64,000 bases of DNA from Alphaproteobacteria bacterium (GCA_017465945.1 JAFTVD010000007.1:4926-68925); one strand, 5' to 3'. Shown: positions 10,997-20,910, counted from the stretch's first letter. Notes: generated from the letters alone by a model not told the origin. Program-made: numbers and translations.

Positions 10997-11140
10997 TTTA
11001 CACCTTCTTTCACAGAACTTTATATCACATAAACACACAAATTACAACCATTTTTATATATTTTTATATTTTAAACACAAATAATATTTGATTTTTATTT
11101 TTTTTGTGTCAAACTACATTTGCAAACACAAGGAGAAAAC

Positions 11141-11431
11141 ATGTCCAAATTAACAAGCAAAGTAGTTGATATACATAAAAGAAGAACCAGTATTCGCTTA
11201 ACCCCCGCAGAGTGGAGAGCAATAGATACAATCTGTGAAAAAGAAAAAATAAACCGCAAAAAATTATTTGAATTAATAGAAACCAATAAGGATACTAAAC
11301 TTGGTCTAACATCTTCCATTAGATTATTTACTATAACCTATTACAGAAACTCATACATAAACATAATATCCCCCACCCCTGCAAAACAAATATACAGCCC
11401 CGTATTTGAAGCAATACAAGAATTAACATAA
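11141..11431 (+). CDS. ribbon-helix-helix (RHH_4/PF13467-like) small DNA-binding protein, copy 1
   Basis: RTSIRLTPAEWRAIDTICEKEKINRKKLFELIE matches the alphaproteobacterial RHH_4 pattern (RTSIRLe..eW.ALddIc..E...r..Li). AGGAGAA Shine-Dalgarno 4 nt upstream of the ATG at 11141. Confidence 0.55.
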   Translation: MSKLTSKVVDIHKRRTSIRLTPAEWRAIDTICEKEKINRKKLFELIETNKDTKLGLTSSIRLFTITYYRNSYINIISPTPAKQIYSPVFEAIQELT

Positions 11432-11440
11432 AGGTACAAC

Positions 11441-11731
11441 ATGGCAAAATTAATTAGTAAAATTGTAACAATAGACACTAAAAAAACAAGCATCAGACTA
11501 GCCAAACCTGAATGGGATGCAATAGATATAATTTCTAAAAAAGAGAATATCAGAAGAAATTATCTTATCGAATTATTAAATCAAAACAAAAATACTAAAA
11601 TAGGTCTAACAAACTCTATCAGACTTTTTTCTATAATTTATCTATACCATGAAACAATGTCTCTACAATTATATGAAAAAAATTATCAAAAAACCTCATC
11701 AATAACAGAAGCAATAAAAGGTATTATATAA
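11441..11731 (+). CDS. ribbon-helix-helix (RHH_4-like) small DNA-binding protein, copy 2 (tandem paralog)
   Basis: KTSIRLAKPEWDAIDIISKKENIRRNYLIELL is a clear paralog of the upstream gene, 9 nt downstream of it. Confidence 0.55.
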   Translation: MAKLISKIVTIDTKKTSIRLAKPEWDAIDIISKKENIRRNYLIELLNQNKNTKIGLTNSIRLFSIIYLYHETMSLQLYEKNYQKTSSITEAIKGII

Positions 11732-11838
11732 ACATTAATTCTCCAAACAAAAACCATAAATCATTTTATGGTTTTTGTTCTCTTCTGTACTTGTAAACAA
11801 ACTAAAAAATATTACATCTCCCTAAAAGGAGAAAAAAT

Positions 11839-12564
11839 ATGCAACAATCAAAATATTCTATAATATCATCATTTTTATTATGTATTGGACTAATTTTAGG
11901 AGGATTCTTTCCCGGTTATTACTATTATCTAACAAAATTCAATAATAACACTGTAACTGTTAAAGGTTTAGCCGAACAAAATGTAACCGCCGATTTAGCA
12001 ATTTGGAAATTAAAACTCATAACAACAGATAACAATTTAGATATCGCTCAACAATTAATACAAAACCAAACAAAAGAAACAATATCATTCTTAAAAACTA
12101 TCGGTTTTAATGATAACGAAATTAACACATCTCCAACTGATACTCAAGATACCCTAGCCTCTCCATACAGAAACAACGAGCAAAACTCACCTCGTTTTAT
12201 TTTATCTCAAACCATTACAATTAAAAGCAATAACGTAGATTTAGTAGAAAAATCAATACCCAAAACCGATACACTAATTGCCAAAGGCATTGTTTTTGAT
12301 AATAGCTATGGTGACACAATTTCATACATTTTTACAAAATTAAACGAAATAAAACCTCAAATGCTAGAACAAGCAACAAAAAATGCCTTAAAATCTGCTC
12401 AAGAATTCGCCAAAAATTCCAACAGCAAAGTCGGAAAAATAAAACACGCAAATCAAGGCGTCTTTACAATATTATCAAGAGACAACCTATCAAACATACT
12501 AGAAACAGAACAAAAAGAAAAGACTATTCGAGTTGTTACCACCATCGAGTATTGGTTGGAATAA
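11839..12564 (+). CDS. SIMPL-domain (DUF541; BP26/Omp28-like) periplasmic protein
   Basis: N-terminal TM/signal region, then VTVKGLAEQNVTADLAIWKLKL... typical of the SIMPL/BP26 family. 241 aa. Confidence 0.65.
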   Translation: MQQSKYSIISSFLLCIGLILGGFFPGYYYYLTKFNNNTVTVKGLAEQNVTADLAIWKLKLITTDNNLDIAQQLIQNQTKETISFLKTIGFNDNEINTSPTDTQDTLASPYRNNEQNSPRFILSQTITIKSNNVDLVEKSIPKTDTLIAKGIVFDNSYGDTISYIFTKLNEIKPQMLEQATKNALKSAQEFAKNSNSKVGKIKHANQGVFTILSRDNLSNILETEQKEKTIRVVTTIEYWLE

Positions 12565-12597
12565 AAAAAGGGTGTAAAATTTACACCCTAAATTTTA
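12563..12597. terminator. bidirectional intrinsic terminator
   Basis: Hairpin gggtgtaaaatttacaccc flanked by an A-run upstream and a T-run downstream, between convergent genes. Confidence 0.6.
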
Positions 12598-12993
12598 AGA
12601 ATAAAAATTGACTTTTGTACGCATTCCGAGCTTTGTTGTCTCCCAACAATAATCGCCTTTTTCTTTGTTATACTCAGACAATTGATGTATATATGTATTC
12701 CTTAAAAAATATTCATACACATCAAGCCCAAACATCGCAACAAACTCATCTTTAGTACCAACCCTATTTTCATAAATATAAAAGAAAGGTTCTTTTAAAT
12801 TTCTGATACTCAAGGGATTATTCTTTTCTGCTACCCTATTCCTCCATATATAAAGAGGAACAAACAACACTAAAGACAAAAAATAAAAATATGCCACATT
12901 AAAAGCTTCCATAGCAAAGGAAATCATTAATCCTATACACCAAACCAAAGCTAAAATGTAGCCAACCAAATCAATAATCTTTACTTTATCCAT
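12595..12993 (-). CDS. hypothetical small membrane protein (132 aa, 2 TM)
   Basis: Two hydrophobic helices at the N-terminus; no motif. Confidence 0.35.
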   Translation of the reverse strand: MDKVKIIDLVGYILALVWCIGLMISFAMEAFNVAYFYFLSLVLFVPLYIWRNRVAEKNNPLSIRNLKEPFFYIYENRVGTKDEFVAMFGLDVYEYFLRNTYIHQLSEYNKEKGDYCWETTKLGMRTKVNFYS

Positions 12994-13064
12994 ATCTATA
13001 AAACGTTAAATTATAATAATATCAAATCAAAACAAATATATAATAAAAATACATAAAGTCAATC

Positions 13065-13559
13065 TCAAAAAAACGGATTATATGCCCACTGCAATAAAGC
13101 CTGCCTTTGCTTTTTCCTACAATCAAAATCCATCATCATACAATTTTTTTCTATTTGAATTTTATGCCGTTTAAAAGCTTTCCATCTTTTTATTTGTATT
13201 CTATCTATTTTTTCAATTCTTCTCCCCATATAATACCTACAATACCACTGAAACCACCCTCTTATATCTGGCTCTATAATCCAACCTTTATTTCTCCAAA
13301 CAGATAAAGGCTGTCTTGATTTTACTCCAAATAAATTACACTCTATATCTGGTTTATTCATAGATAATTTAGCATTAATAAACCAATCATCCGGAAATTC
13401 TTTCCTACAATCATTAAGATAATGCCCCTCAAACACCCCAAATTCTAACATTTGCTTAGGAGTAAGCTCTGGGTTAAACTCAAAATCAAAATTACATCCT
13501 TCTTTTTCAGCTAATTCATATTCATAATTTTTCTGCATTTTATCGTTAACAACTATCAT
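13065..13559 (-). CDS. hypothetical protein (164 aa), Trp/Arg-rich, unassigned family
   Basis: Distinct W-rich segment (WRNKGWIIEPDIRGWFQWYCRYYMGRR). I could not place it in a known family. Confidence 0.35.
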   Translation of the reverse strand: MIVVNDKMQKNYEYELAEKEGCNFDFEFNPELTPKQMLEFGVFEGHYLNDCRKEFPDDWFINAKLSMNKPDIECNLFGVKSRQPLSVWRNKGWIIEPDIRGWFQWYCRYYMGRRIEKIDRIQIKRWKAFKRHKIQIEKNCMMMDFDCRKKQRQALLQWAYNPFF

Positions 13560-13647
13560 TTTTCCTCACATAAGTATAAAAATAATTTTCTTGAAAAATA
13601 TACATAAATTTAATTAAATAACCAAAAACCATTTTCAAGGACTTGCC

Positions 13648-13788
13648 ATGACAAACACATCAAATTCAAATAAAATATTTAGATACTCCATAAAAGCTAT
13701 TATCATAAAAGATAACAAACTTCTTGTAGAAAGTTGCGATTATGGAAAAGGACGTTTTTGTAAACTACCAGGAGGCGGACACCAATAA
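13648..13788 (+). pseudogene. NUDIX hydrolase gene remnant, truncated before the Nudix box
   Basis: The 46-aa ORF MTNTSNSNKIFRYSIKAIIIKDNKLLVESCDYGKGRFCKLPGGGHQ* matches the N-terminal beta strands and the LPGG(H) lead-in of NUDIX enzymes. It stops without a GX5EX7REUXEEXGU box. Confidence 0.35.
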
Positions 13789-13886
13789 AAGATATAAAAG
13801 AAACAATAATACTAGGAGATGTAAATTAAACATTGCTTTTTTGTCTCAATATGATACAAAATGCAAAAATTTTTATGCGAGGTAAA

Positions 13887-14855
13887 ATGTTAAATTCTAT
13901 TTTTTTAATAATTGCAGGTTTCATTTTATTAATGGGTGGCGCTGAATATATGGTAAAAGGCGCTGTTGCTATTGCCAACAGATTACACATTCCAACAATC
14001 ATCATTGGCTTAACGATTGTTGCATTTGGAACATCTGCCCCAGAATTTGTTGTTAGCATAAAATCAGCCTTAAATGGCTCCGCAGGAATTTCCATTGGTA
14101 ATATCGTTGGCTCCAATATTGCAAACATTTTACTAGTTCTTGGTTTAACTGCTCTTATCTCACCAATAACTTGCGACAAAGAAACTTTTATACGAGATTA
14201 CAAATTCTTATTTATATCAAGCGCATTATTTATAATTTTTTCATTAAACAATGTTTTTATCTTTTGGCATGGTATAGTATTTTTATTAATATTAGGATAT
14301 TTTGTATATCATAACTACAAAAACTCATCTCAAGAAGAAAATGCAGAAACCTCTAACGAGGAAAACGCAGATTCTCTACCTAACAAATCATGGTTTTTTG
14401 TTACTTTTATCACAATAGCAGGACTAATAAGCATCATCTATGGTGCAGATGTATTAATTAATGGTGCCGTAAAAATGGCAAGATTACTAGGAGTATCAGA
14501 AGAAATCATCGGTTTAACAATCATTGCCGTTGGCACTTCTCTACCAGAACTTGCAACAACTGCTTTAGCAACAATCCGCCATCAAACAGACGTTGCTATA
14601 GGTAATATTGTTGGCTCAAATATTTGGAATGTAATATTTATTATGGGAGCAACCGCCACAATTACCGAAGTTCCTGTACCTAGACAATTTTTATACTATG
14701 ACATGTGGGTAATGGCTCTTGCTAGCATACTTCTATACATCATAATGGTTAGCAAATCTCGCCTAACAAGAATACATGGCGGAGTTTTTTTAATACTATA
14801 CATAATTTATGTAATAACACAAATCATGATATCCAAAGGTGTTTGGACTATCTAA
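13887..14855 (+). CDS. Ca2+/Na+ antiporter (CaCA family, YrbG-like)
   Basis: Two alpha-repeat motifs (GTSAPEFVVS and GTSLPELATT) and 10 predicted TM segments. Start placed at the internal ATG at 13887. Confidence 0.8.
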   Translation: MLNSIFLIIAGFILLMGGAEYMVKGAVAIANRLHIPTIIIGLTIVAFGTSAPEFVVSIKSALNGSAGISIGNIVGSNIANILLVLGLTALISPITCDKETFIRDYKFLFISSALFIIFSLNNVFIFWHGIVFLLILGYFVYHNYKNSSQEENAETSNEENADSLPNKSWFFVTFITIAGLISIIYGADVLINGAVKMARLLGVSEEIIGLTIIAVGTSLPELATTALATIRHQTDVAIGNIVGSNIWNVIFIMGATATITEVPVPRQFLYYDMWVMALASILLYIIMVSKSRLTRIHGGVFLILYIIYVITQIMISKGVWTI

Positions 14856-14947
14856 ACCTACATAAATATTCGTTGACATTATATATTATTTACTATAAAA
14901 ATACCCACAAATAATATAATTATGTCAAACTATTAATTTTTTTTATT

Positions 14948-16126
14948 ATGATTAGAGAAGAGTATCTAAATCCTGAATTTATGCACAAATTCATAAATTC
15001 GTTATGCAAAAAAAGTGGATACATTATGTATCATTTTGTTTTTGGCAAGCTTACCTTTAAAAATCTAAAACAGCCGATCCTATTGGAAAACAATCACGGT
15101 TACAATATGGTATATAAGTTTTTAGTGTATCAAATCCCTCAAAAAATCGATATACAAAACATTGTTGATATTAAAGAAATCGAAAAACAGATTATCACTA
15201 AAGAAATTTATTTTGATATCTTAAGTGAGATCTTTATTGAAAACAATAATTTTATATGTAGTTTTGAGGAATTTCCGCCATATTTTAGATTAAACAACCA
15301 AAACTATTATGGCGTTTATGGACAGCCTAAAGCTTTAAAACAACATCATAGCAAAGCAAGAGAAGCCTCTTCTTGTAACGATTACATGAAAAGCATGAAT
15401 ATCACTGCTCAAAATATTTTTGATGTATATCTACTTCTTTTCAATGCACTTGATGAAAAAAAAGCAAAATTTTTTCCTCTTAGATTCATCTACGACACTA
15501 AAGAAGAAGCTCAAAATGCAGTTACAAATGCATTAACAAAACCATTAATTTGTAACACATTCCAATATGTAACAAAAGGCTATACCAGTTTTCAAATTAA
15601 AAAAATTAACAATTTTCCAAAGCTATATATACATAATAGTAAATTTCCTACATTTTACACAGACAATGTACTAGAATTAACTATTCCTATAGCAGAAACT
15701 GTACAAAAACTAGCTCAAAACGTATCTTTAGCTTTATCAAGTGTCAACAATACATTAGAACAATTAACTTATGCCATACAAACAGTAATGGCTACAAATC
15801 TGTCAATAATGTATGAAGCGGCTATAGCAGAATATTATTCTATATCAGAAAGTACCCCTGATCCAAGCTTAATGATATCTAAACCAGGTATTCTTTTCAA
15901 AAACGCACATACATATGCCCAAAACACTACAAGACCGCATATGATGATATACGAAAATACTTTATCTAAAATAGTAAATTCACTCCATAATGATGTCACA
16001 CCAATTTCTCCTAAGATGGACATGTACAACAAACTCCATCAACAAATTAAAAACATCACTCCTGAAACACTTTCTTTAGATAATTTACTAGAAATCTCAG
16101 ATTATTTTCAAAAAATAATACTCTAA
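14948..16126 (+). CDS. hypothetical cytoplasmic protein (392 aa), ORFan
   Basis: Long ORF with coding-like composition, no signal peptide and no recognisable motif. Ends at a strong terminator. Confidence 0.4.
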   Translation: MIREEYLNPEFMHKFINSLCKKSGYIMYHFVFGKLTFKNLKQPILLENNHGYNMVYKFLVYQIPQKIDIQNIVDIKEIEKQIITKEIYFDILSEIFIENNNFICSFEEFPPYFRLNNQNYYGVYGQPKALKQHHSKAREASSCNDYMKSMNITAQNIFDVYLLLFNALDEKKAKFFPLRFIYDTKEEAQNAVTNALTKPLICNTFQYVTKGYTSFQIKKINNFPKLYIHNSKFPTFYTDNVLELTIPIAETVQKLAQNVSLALSSVNNTLEQLTYAIQTVMATNLSIMYEAAIAEYYSISESTPDPSLMISKPGILFKNAHTYAQNTTRPHMMIYENTLSKIVNSLHNDVTPISPKMDMYNKLHQQIKNITPETLSLDNLLEISDYFQKIIL

Positions 16127-16132
16127 CAAAAA

Positions 16133-16160
16133 AACGACGGATTAACCGTCGTTTTTTTGT
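16133..16160. terminator. bidirectional intrinsic terminator (between the 392-aa ORF and thyA)
   Basis: Hairpin aacgacggattaaccgtcgtt with an A-run before and a T-run after. Confidence 0.7.
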
Positions 16161-16163
16161 TTG

Positions 16164-16952
16164 TTAAACAGCAACTTCTCCTTTAATTGCTGAATGTGAT
16201 TGATAACCAATAAGTTCAATATCTTCAAACTTGAAATCATCAATATTTTTCACATCAGGATTAAGCCTAACTGTAGGCAAAGGCAAAGGCTCTCTAGTTA
16301 ACTGAAGTTTAACTTGTTCAAAGTGATTAGAATAAATATGAGCATTACCAAGAGTGTGAACAAATTCACCAGGCTTAAGCCCACAAACTTGAGCAATCAT
16401 CATTGTTAACAAAGAATAAGATGCAATGTTAAAAGGAACCCCCAAAAACATATCGCAACTTCTTTGATAAAGCATACAGTTGAGTTTTCCATCAGGAGTA
16501 ACATCAAACTGGAAAAAACAATGACAAGGAGGCAAAGCCATTTGTTCAATCTGTGCAGGATTCCATGCGCTAACAATAATTCTACGGTCTTGCGGATTCT
16601 TTTTTATTCTCTCAATAATATCCTTAATTTGATCATATCCTTGAGAATTAAAGTTTCTCCATTGGTGCCCATAAACAGGACCCAAATCACCATTTTCATC
16701 AGCCCATTCATCCCAAATATGAACATTGTTATCCAATAAATACTTAATATTAGTATTACCAGATATGAGCCAAATCAATTCATGAACAATACCTTTGAAA
16801 AAAGTCTTTTTTGTTGTAACCAAAGGAAACCCTTTAGATAAATCGAAACGCATTTGTCTACCAAATACCTTTCTCGCATAAATGCCTGTGCGGTTATCCG
16901 CATCTTGCCCATTTTCTAACACGTCTTTTAAGACATCTAAATACTGTTTCAT
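16164..16952 (-). CDS. thyA: thymidylate synthase (ThyA)
   Basis: Canonical ThyA blocks: [38 protein letters not shown] and HTLGNAHIY. 262 aa. Confidence 0.95.
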   Translation of the reverse strand: MKQYLDVLKDVLENGQDADNRTGIYARKVFGRQMRFDLSKGFPLVTTKKTFFKGIVHELIWLISGNTNIKYLLDNNVHIWDEWADENGDLGPVYGHQWRNFNSQGYDQIKDIIERIKKNPQDRRIIVSAWNPAQIEQMALPPCHCFFQFDVTPDGKLNCMLYQRSCDMFLGVPFNIASYSLLTMMIAQVCGLKPGEFVHTLGNAHIYSNHFEQVKLQLTREPLPLPTVRLNPDVKNIDDFKFEDIELIGYQSHSAIKGEVAV

Positions 16953-16966
16953 ATAAACTCCTTTTT

Positions 16967-17539
16967 TTATTTATTAATAATTGACAAAGTAATATGTTTT
17001 AAAACTTCATCTTCAACAACTGCTCCTTTTTTCACCCAAACAGTTGTTGTAACGTTATCTTCGTTATAATCTGGAGAAATCTTTTCATATCCCTCATACA
17101 TAGCATCAATACACAAAGTAATATCAACAGGATTTCCACTTAAACTTGGATTAAGTTCACCATGATAACAACTATCAACAATAACCTCTGGCGCATCATT
17201 TTGCATAAACATTTTATAAATACTTGCACCACCGCAAACATATATTGGTTCTTTAATATCACATAACTTCTTCGCATCATTTATCACAAAGTGATTATCT
17301 TTATCAGAAACCTCATATTTTTCATCAAAACTTAACACATAAATCTTACGATTAGGAAGAGTGCGATTAGGAAAACTCTCATATGTCGTCTGTCCGCAAG
17401 TAATACACGACTTTTCCGTAATACGGCGAAACCTTTTAAAATCTGACGGAATATGCCAAGGAATATTAGGACCAATTCCTATAATATTATCATTTTCATG
17501 CCTGCACCAAATTGCAATTTTAGTCATATTTATCTCCAT
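16967..17539 (-). CDS. folA: dihydrofolate reductase
   Basis: IAIW...IG...IPW..P.DFKRF..T and VCGGASIY motifs. Immediately upstream of thyA on the same strand. The start may be the internal ATG at 17527. Confidence 0.7.
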   Translation of the reverse strand: MEINMTKIAIWCRHENDNIIGIGPNIPWHIPSDFKRFRRITEKSCITCGQTTYESFPNRTLPNRKIYVLSFDEKYEVSDKDNHFVINDAKKLCDIKEPIYVCGGASIYKMFMQNDAPEVIVDSCYHGELNPSLSGNPVDITLCIDAMYEGYEKISPDYNEDNVTTTVWVKKGAVVEDEVLKHITLSIINK

Positions 17540-17702
17540 TAAATATACTTTTCATTATATTTAAGGATTCAATAAATACAACCCTAATCTATAACATTAT
17601 CCCACATCTTTAAAACACATATTTCAAATTAACATATTAACCTATTTTTATTAAATTATTAGTATTATAGAAAAAACACTTTTTAATAATAAGGAAAAAA
17701 CT

Positions 17703-18182
17703 ATGCCAACATTAAAAGATTTAATAAATCAAAAACTAATAGAAACAATCTTTCCCAATGTAACAGAAAATCAACCATCTGCTAATTATAATTTTTTTCA
17801 CACTTCTGTATCAAAATCCAATTCTACAATACAAAAAAGAGTAAACATAACTACCGTTGATGAAAACAATAATGAAAAACACCTTACAACAGACGAAATT
17901 ATAAAGATTTACCCTCTAGAAAATCATACAATGTATGAAGCGCTAATCACAGTACTACAAAAACAAAATATTCTAGATACATTTTATTTCTTAACACTAG
18001 TAACACCAGATAATAAAATGTTAAATTGCGATTTTTTTGATACAACACAAATAACAGGAAACAATCTAAAAGACAATGCCTACGAAAATACAACACTAAA
18101 TCAAGCCAAACAAATGTTTACCAACAACGAAGATATAAAAGCTCTTCACTCTTTTATCAAAATAATTCGCTCCATCAATTAA
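17703..18182 (+). CDS. hypothetical protein (159 aa), ORFan
   Basis: ORF only. Confidence 0.3.
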   Translation: MPTLKDLINQKLIETIFPNVTENQPSANYNFFHTSVSKSNSTIQKRVNITTVDENNNEKHLTTDEIIKIYPLENHTMYEALITVLQKQNILDTFYFLTLVTPDNKMLNCDFFDTTQITGNNLKDNAYENTTLNQAKQMFTNNEDIKALHSFIKIIRSIN

Positions 18183-18236
18183 CGTTGACACTTTTCATAA
18201 AAAATAGTACAATATAGAACATATAGGGAGTTAGAC

Positions 18237-19055
18237 ATGAACAAATACCTAGAAAAAATAAAAAATAAAGCCATGGCATACACTTTTGTGGGCTTATCCT
18301 TATTTGGTGGAACAGCAAAATCTCAAGCTCAAAATAATGATGATAATTCATCAATAGATGTTGTTCACAGTGCATACACAAGTAACAGCGACATAATGAG
18401 AAGTTATCATGAAAGTATAAGCATGCAACTAAATGATGAAACATACTTAATGTCAAATAATATCATCATAATAGACATTGGACAAGGATATCATATTATG
18501 AGTGAAGCATACAACGTAAATAATAAACAAGATATGTCCTTATCCTTATTATCTCCAGATGAAAGAGTAATTGGACTAGATTTCTACAATACAAAAGATT
18601 TTATGCTTCCTTCAGAATTAGTGGCAAAAAATGACCCGTTCGTCAAAAACGGAAAAGAGCCATTAAATTCCTCTGACCCTCAAGTAATAAAAAAACATAA
18701 TGACAACTGGGAAAACAAACAACGAATAAATGCAATGAAAAAAATAAAAAACCCTCAAGATAGAGAAGCTTTTTATAGATTTTTAAAAATAGAGAGAGCA
18801 ACCCTAGAAAACACTAGATTTCCAATAGCACTTGGAAATGCCAGTATAACAGGTTATACAGAAAATTATTTTAATACTTTAACCAATATACCATCAAAAG
18901 ATAAAACTCCAAAAAATTTACGCAAAATGTATAAAGAAATAAAAAAACATATGCAATCTTCTCCTGAAAACTTACGAGAAAAAGCCTTAAAAGGTGACAC
19001 AACACAAACTGCAAGATTAGATTATTTATGGCTTAAAAACCAAACAAAAGAATAA
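18237..19055 (+). CDS. hypothetical secreted protein (272 aa), ORFan
   Basis: Signal peptide (MAYTFVGLSLFGGTAKSQAQ). AGGGAG RBS upstream of the ATG. Confidence 0.4.
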   Translation: MNKYLEKIKNKAMAYTFVGLSLFGGTAKSQAQNNDDNSSIDVVHSAYTSNSDIMRSYHESISMQLNDETYLMSNNIIIIDIGQGYHIMSEAYNVNNKQDMSLSLLSPDERVIGLDFYNTKDFMLPSELVAKNDPFVKNGKEPLNSSDPQVIKKHNDNWENKQRINAMKKIKNPQDREAFYRFLKIERATLENTRFPIALGNASITGYTENYFNTLTNIPSKDKTPKNLRKMYKEIKKHMQSSPENLREKALKGDTTQTARLDYLWLKNQTKE

Positions 19056-19154
19056 AAACACTCTCTACAATCTTATTGACAATATTTATAGCATTTATAT
19101 AATCATTTTTGCTATTTTATTACTTATAAATTATTAATTTTAAACATTTTATAT

Positions 19155-19433
19155 ATGGAAAAACTAAAGTTTTCTTATACTATCGATTCTGTTTATCAAA
19201 TTATTGGTCGTGGAATTGTAGTAATGGGACAAATAGAGCAAGGCGAAATTAACCAAGGAGACACTGTTGAGCTAACAAATAACAACACATCTATAAAAAC
19301 TAAGTGTCTAAGACTAGAAAAATTTCGAAAATATGTAACTAACGCCAAACAAGGAGAATGGGTTGCCATTGTTTTATCAAACGTTTCCCGCTCTGATGTT
19401 TGCTCAGGAATGAAACTCATCATCAAAGAGTAA
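19155..19433 (+). CDS. stand-alone EF-Tu domain II-like beta-barrel protein (92 aa)
   Basis: IGRGIVVMGQIEQGEINQGDTVEL...EKFRKYVTNAKQGEWVAIVLSNVSRSDVCSGMKL aligns with EF-Tu domain II ([24 protein letters not shown]...[34 protein letters not shown]). Own start codon and a strong terminator. Confidence 0.5.
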   Translation: MEKLKFSYTIDSVYQIIGRGIVVMGQIEQGEINQGDTVELTNNNTSIKTKCLRLEKFRKYVTNAKQGEWVAIVLSNVSRSDVCSGMKLIIKE

Positions 19434-19442
19434 CTTATTCAA

Positions 19443-19470
19443 AACCGCCTCAATCAGGCGGTTTATTTTA
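19443..19470 (+). terminator. intrinsic terminator
   Basis: aaccgcctcaatcaggcggtt hairpin followed by a T-run. Confidence 0.7.
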
Positions 19471-19566
19471 TAAAAACACTACAAACAAACTATACTCATA
19501 TATTTAAATTGACAATACGCATAAAACAACATTAAATAAACTATCATCTAATTAAAGGAGGACTTT

Positions 19567-20691
19567 ATGATTAATAAATATATAGATATTCAACGAACAT
19601 CATATCTACAAAATATAAAAAACACGTTTGGCGGAATAGTATTCGGAATAATTTTATTTATTTGTTCATTCATTTTATTATGGTGGAATGAAGGAAATGC
19701 AGTTCGCTTATCTCAAAAAGAAAATTTTATAACCGAAAATATAACAATTTTATCATCAACCACCGCAGACAGAAATAATGATGAACGCCTAATTATGGTA
19801 AAAGGCACTGTTTTCACTGACGAAACATTATCCGATGCTACATTATCAGTCAACAATGCACTAAATTTAAAACGTATAGTTGAAATGTACCAATGGATAG
19901 AAAATGAAAGCACACAAACAAAAAATAATCTAGGCGGTAGCACCACACAAACAACAACATATTCTTACGAAAAAAAATGGTCTTCCCAAGAACACAATTC
20001 TAATAATTTCCATAATAAAGAATACGAGAATCCCAAATTTACAATACATTCAGGAACCATTAGTGCAAATAATGCGACATTAGGAGATTTTACAATTAAT
20101 CATAACCAAATTTCAAAAATAAAAGATTATCGCTCACTATACAAATTAACACCCAATAACCAATACCAAATTTCTGATAAATATTACTATCAAGGAAACG
20201 ACCCTGAAAATCCAGAAATTGGAGACATTAGAATTTCCTATAAATATGTTCCTTCAGGAATTGATATATCTATTATCGGAAAACAAAATTACAACAATAC
20301 CATCACAGAAATGCCCACTAAAAGCGGAGAAATATACATACAATATGATGGAAACTACTCATATGATGAAATGATAAATCAATACAAAAATAACAACAAA
20401 TTTTTAACAAAAATCTTAAGAGTTGCTGGCTGGCTTCTAATGTATGTAGCCCTATTGTTATTAATAAATCCAATAAATGTATTATTACAATTCATTCCTA
20501 TATTATCAAAAATTACAAATGCTATATCCTCATTTTTGCTACTAGGGATATCTTTTGCATTGTCTATAATAACAATAGCAATCGCATGGCTAGCACACAA
20601 ACCACTAATAAGCATTGCACTATTTATGCTTGTATTTGCAATATTTCATTACTATAAACAACGTTCAAAAAATCAAAAAACGGAAGTATAA
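19567..20691 (+). CDS. membrane protein with a TMEM43/DUF1625-like topology (1 N-terminal TM, large loop, 3 C-terminal TMs)
   Basis: ILLWWNEGNAVR directly after TM1 resembles the W-N-E-G-R-A-V signature of the TMEM43 family. Three C-terminal TM helices. 374 aa. Confidence 0.4.
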   Translation: MINKYIDIQRTSYLQNIKNTFGGIVFGIILFICSFILLWWNEGNAVRLSQKENFITENITILSSTTADRNNDERLIMVKGTVFTDETLSDATLSVNNALNLKRIVEMYQWIENESTQTKNNLGGSTTQTTTYSYEKKWSSQEHNSNNFHNKEYENPKFTIHSGTISANNATLGDFTINHNQISKIKDYRSLYKLTPNNQYQISDKYYYQGNDPENPEIGDIRISYKYVPSGIDISIIGKQNYNNTITEMPTKSGEIYIQYDGNYSYDEMINQYKNNNKFLTKILRVAGWLLMYVALLLLINPINVLLQFIPILSKITNAISSFLLLGISFALSIITIAIAWLAHKPLISIALFMLVFAIFHYYKQRSKNQKTEV

Positions 20692-20709
20692 ACTCCCGCT
20701 TTTTGATAT

Positions 20710-20787
20710 TGGTCGGGACGAGAGGATTCGAACCTCCGACTTCATGCACCCCATGCATGCGCTCTACCAGGCTGAACTACGTCCCGA
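20710..20787 (-). tRNA. tRNA-Pro (anticodon GGG)
   Basis: Reverse complement reads TCGGGACGTAGTTCAGCCTGGTAGAGCGCATGCATGGGGTGCATGAAGTCGGAGGTTCGAATCCTCTCGTCCCGACCA. It folds as a cloverleaf with anticodon loop AT-GGG-GT. Confidence 0.8.
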
Positions 20788-20910
20788 ACACCCCTCACCC
20801 TACACAACTAATATCATAAAATCAAGCGATTTTTTTTATATTGATTTTTAAATTTTAACAATATACACTCCCTTGCGAAAATTAATTATTATACATTAAA
20901 ATTTATATTT

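Noticed and set aside
13826-14179. 117-aa minus-strand ORF
   Set aside because: It is antisense to the Ca2+/Na+ antiporter gene and hydrophobic only because it mirrors TM codons.
20615-20851. 78-aa plus-strand ORF
   Set aside because: It overlaps tRNA-Pro on the opposite strand and translates the tRNA sequence (…GRDERIRTSDFMHPMHALYQAELRP…).
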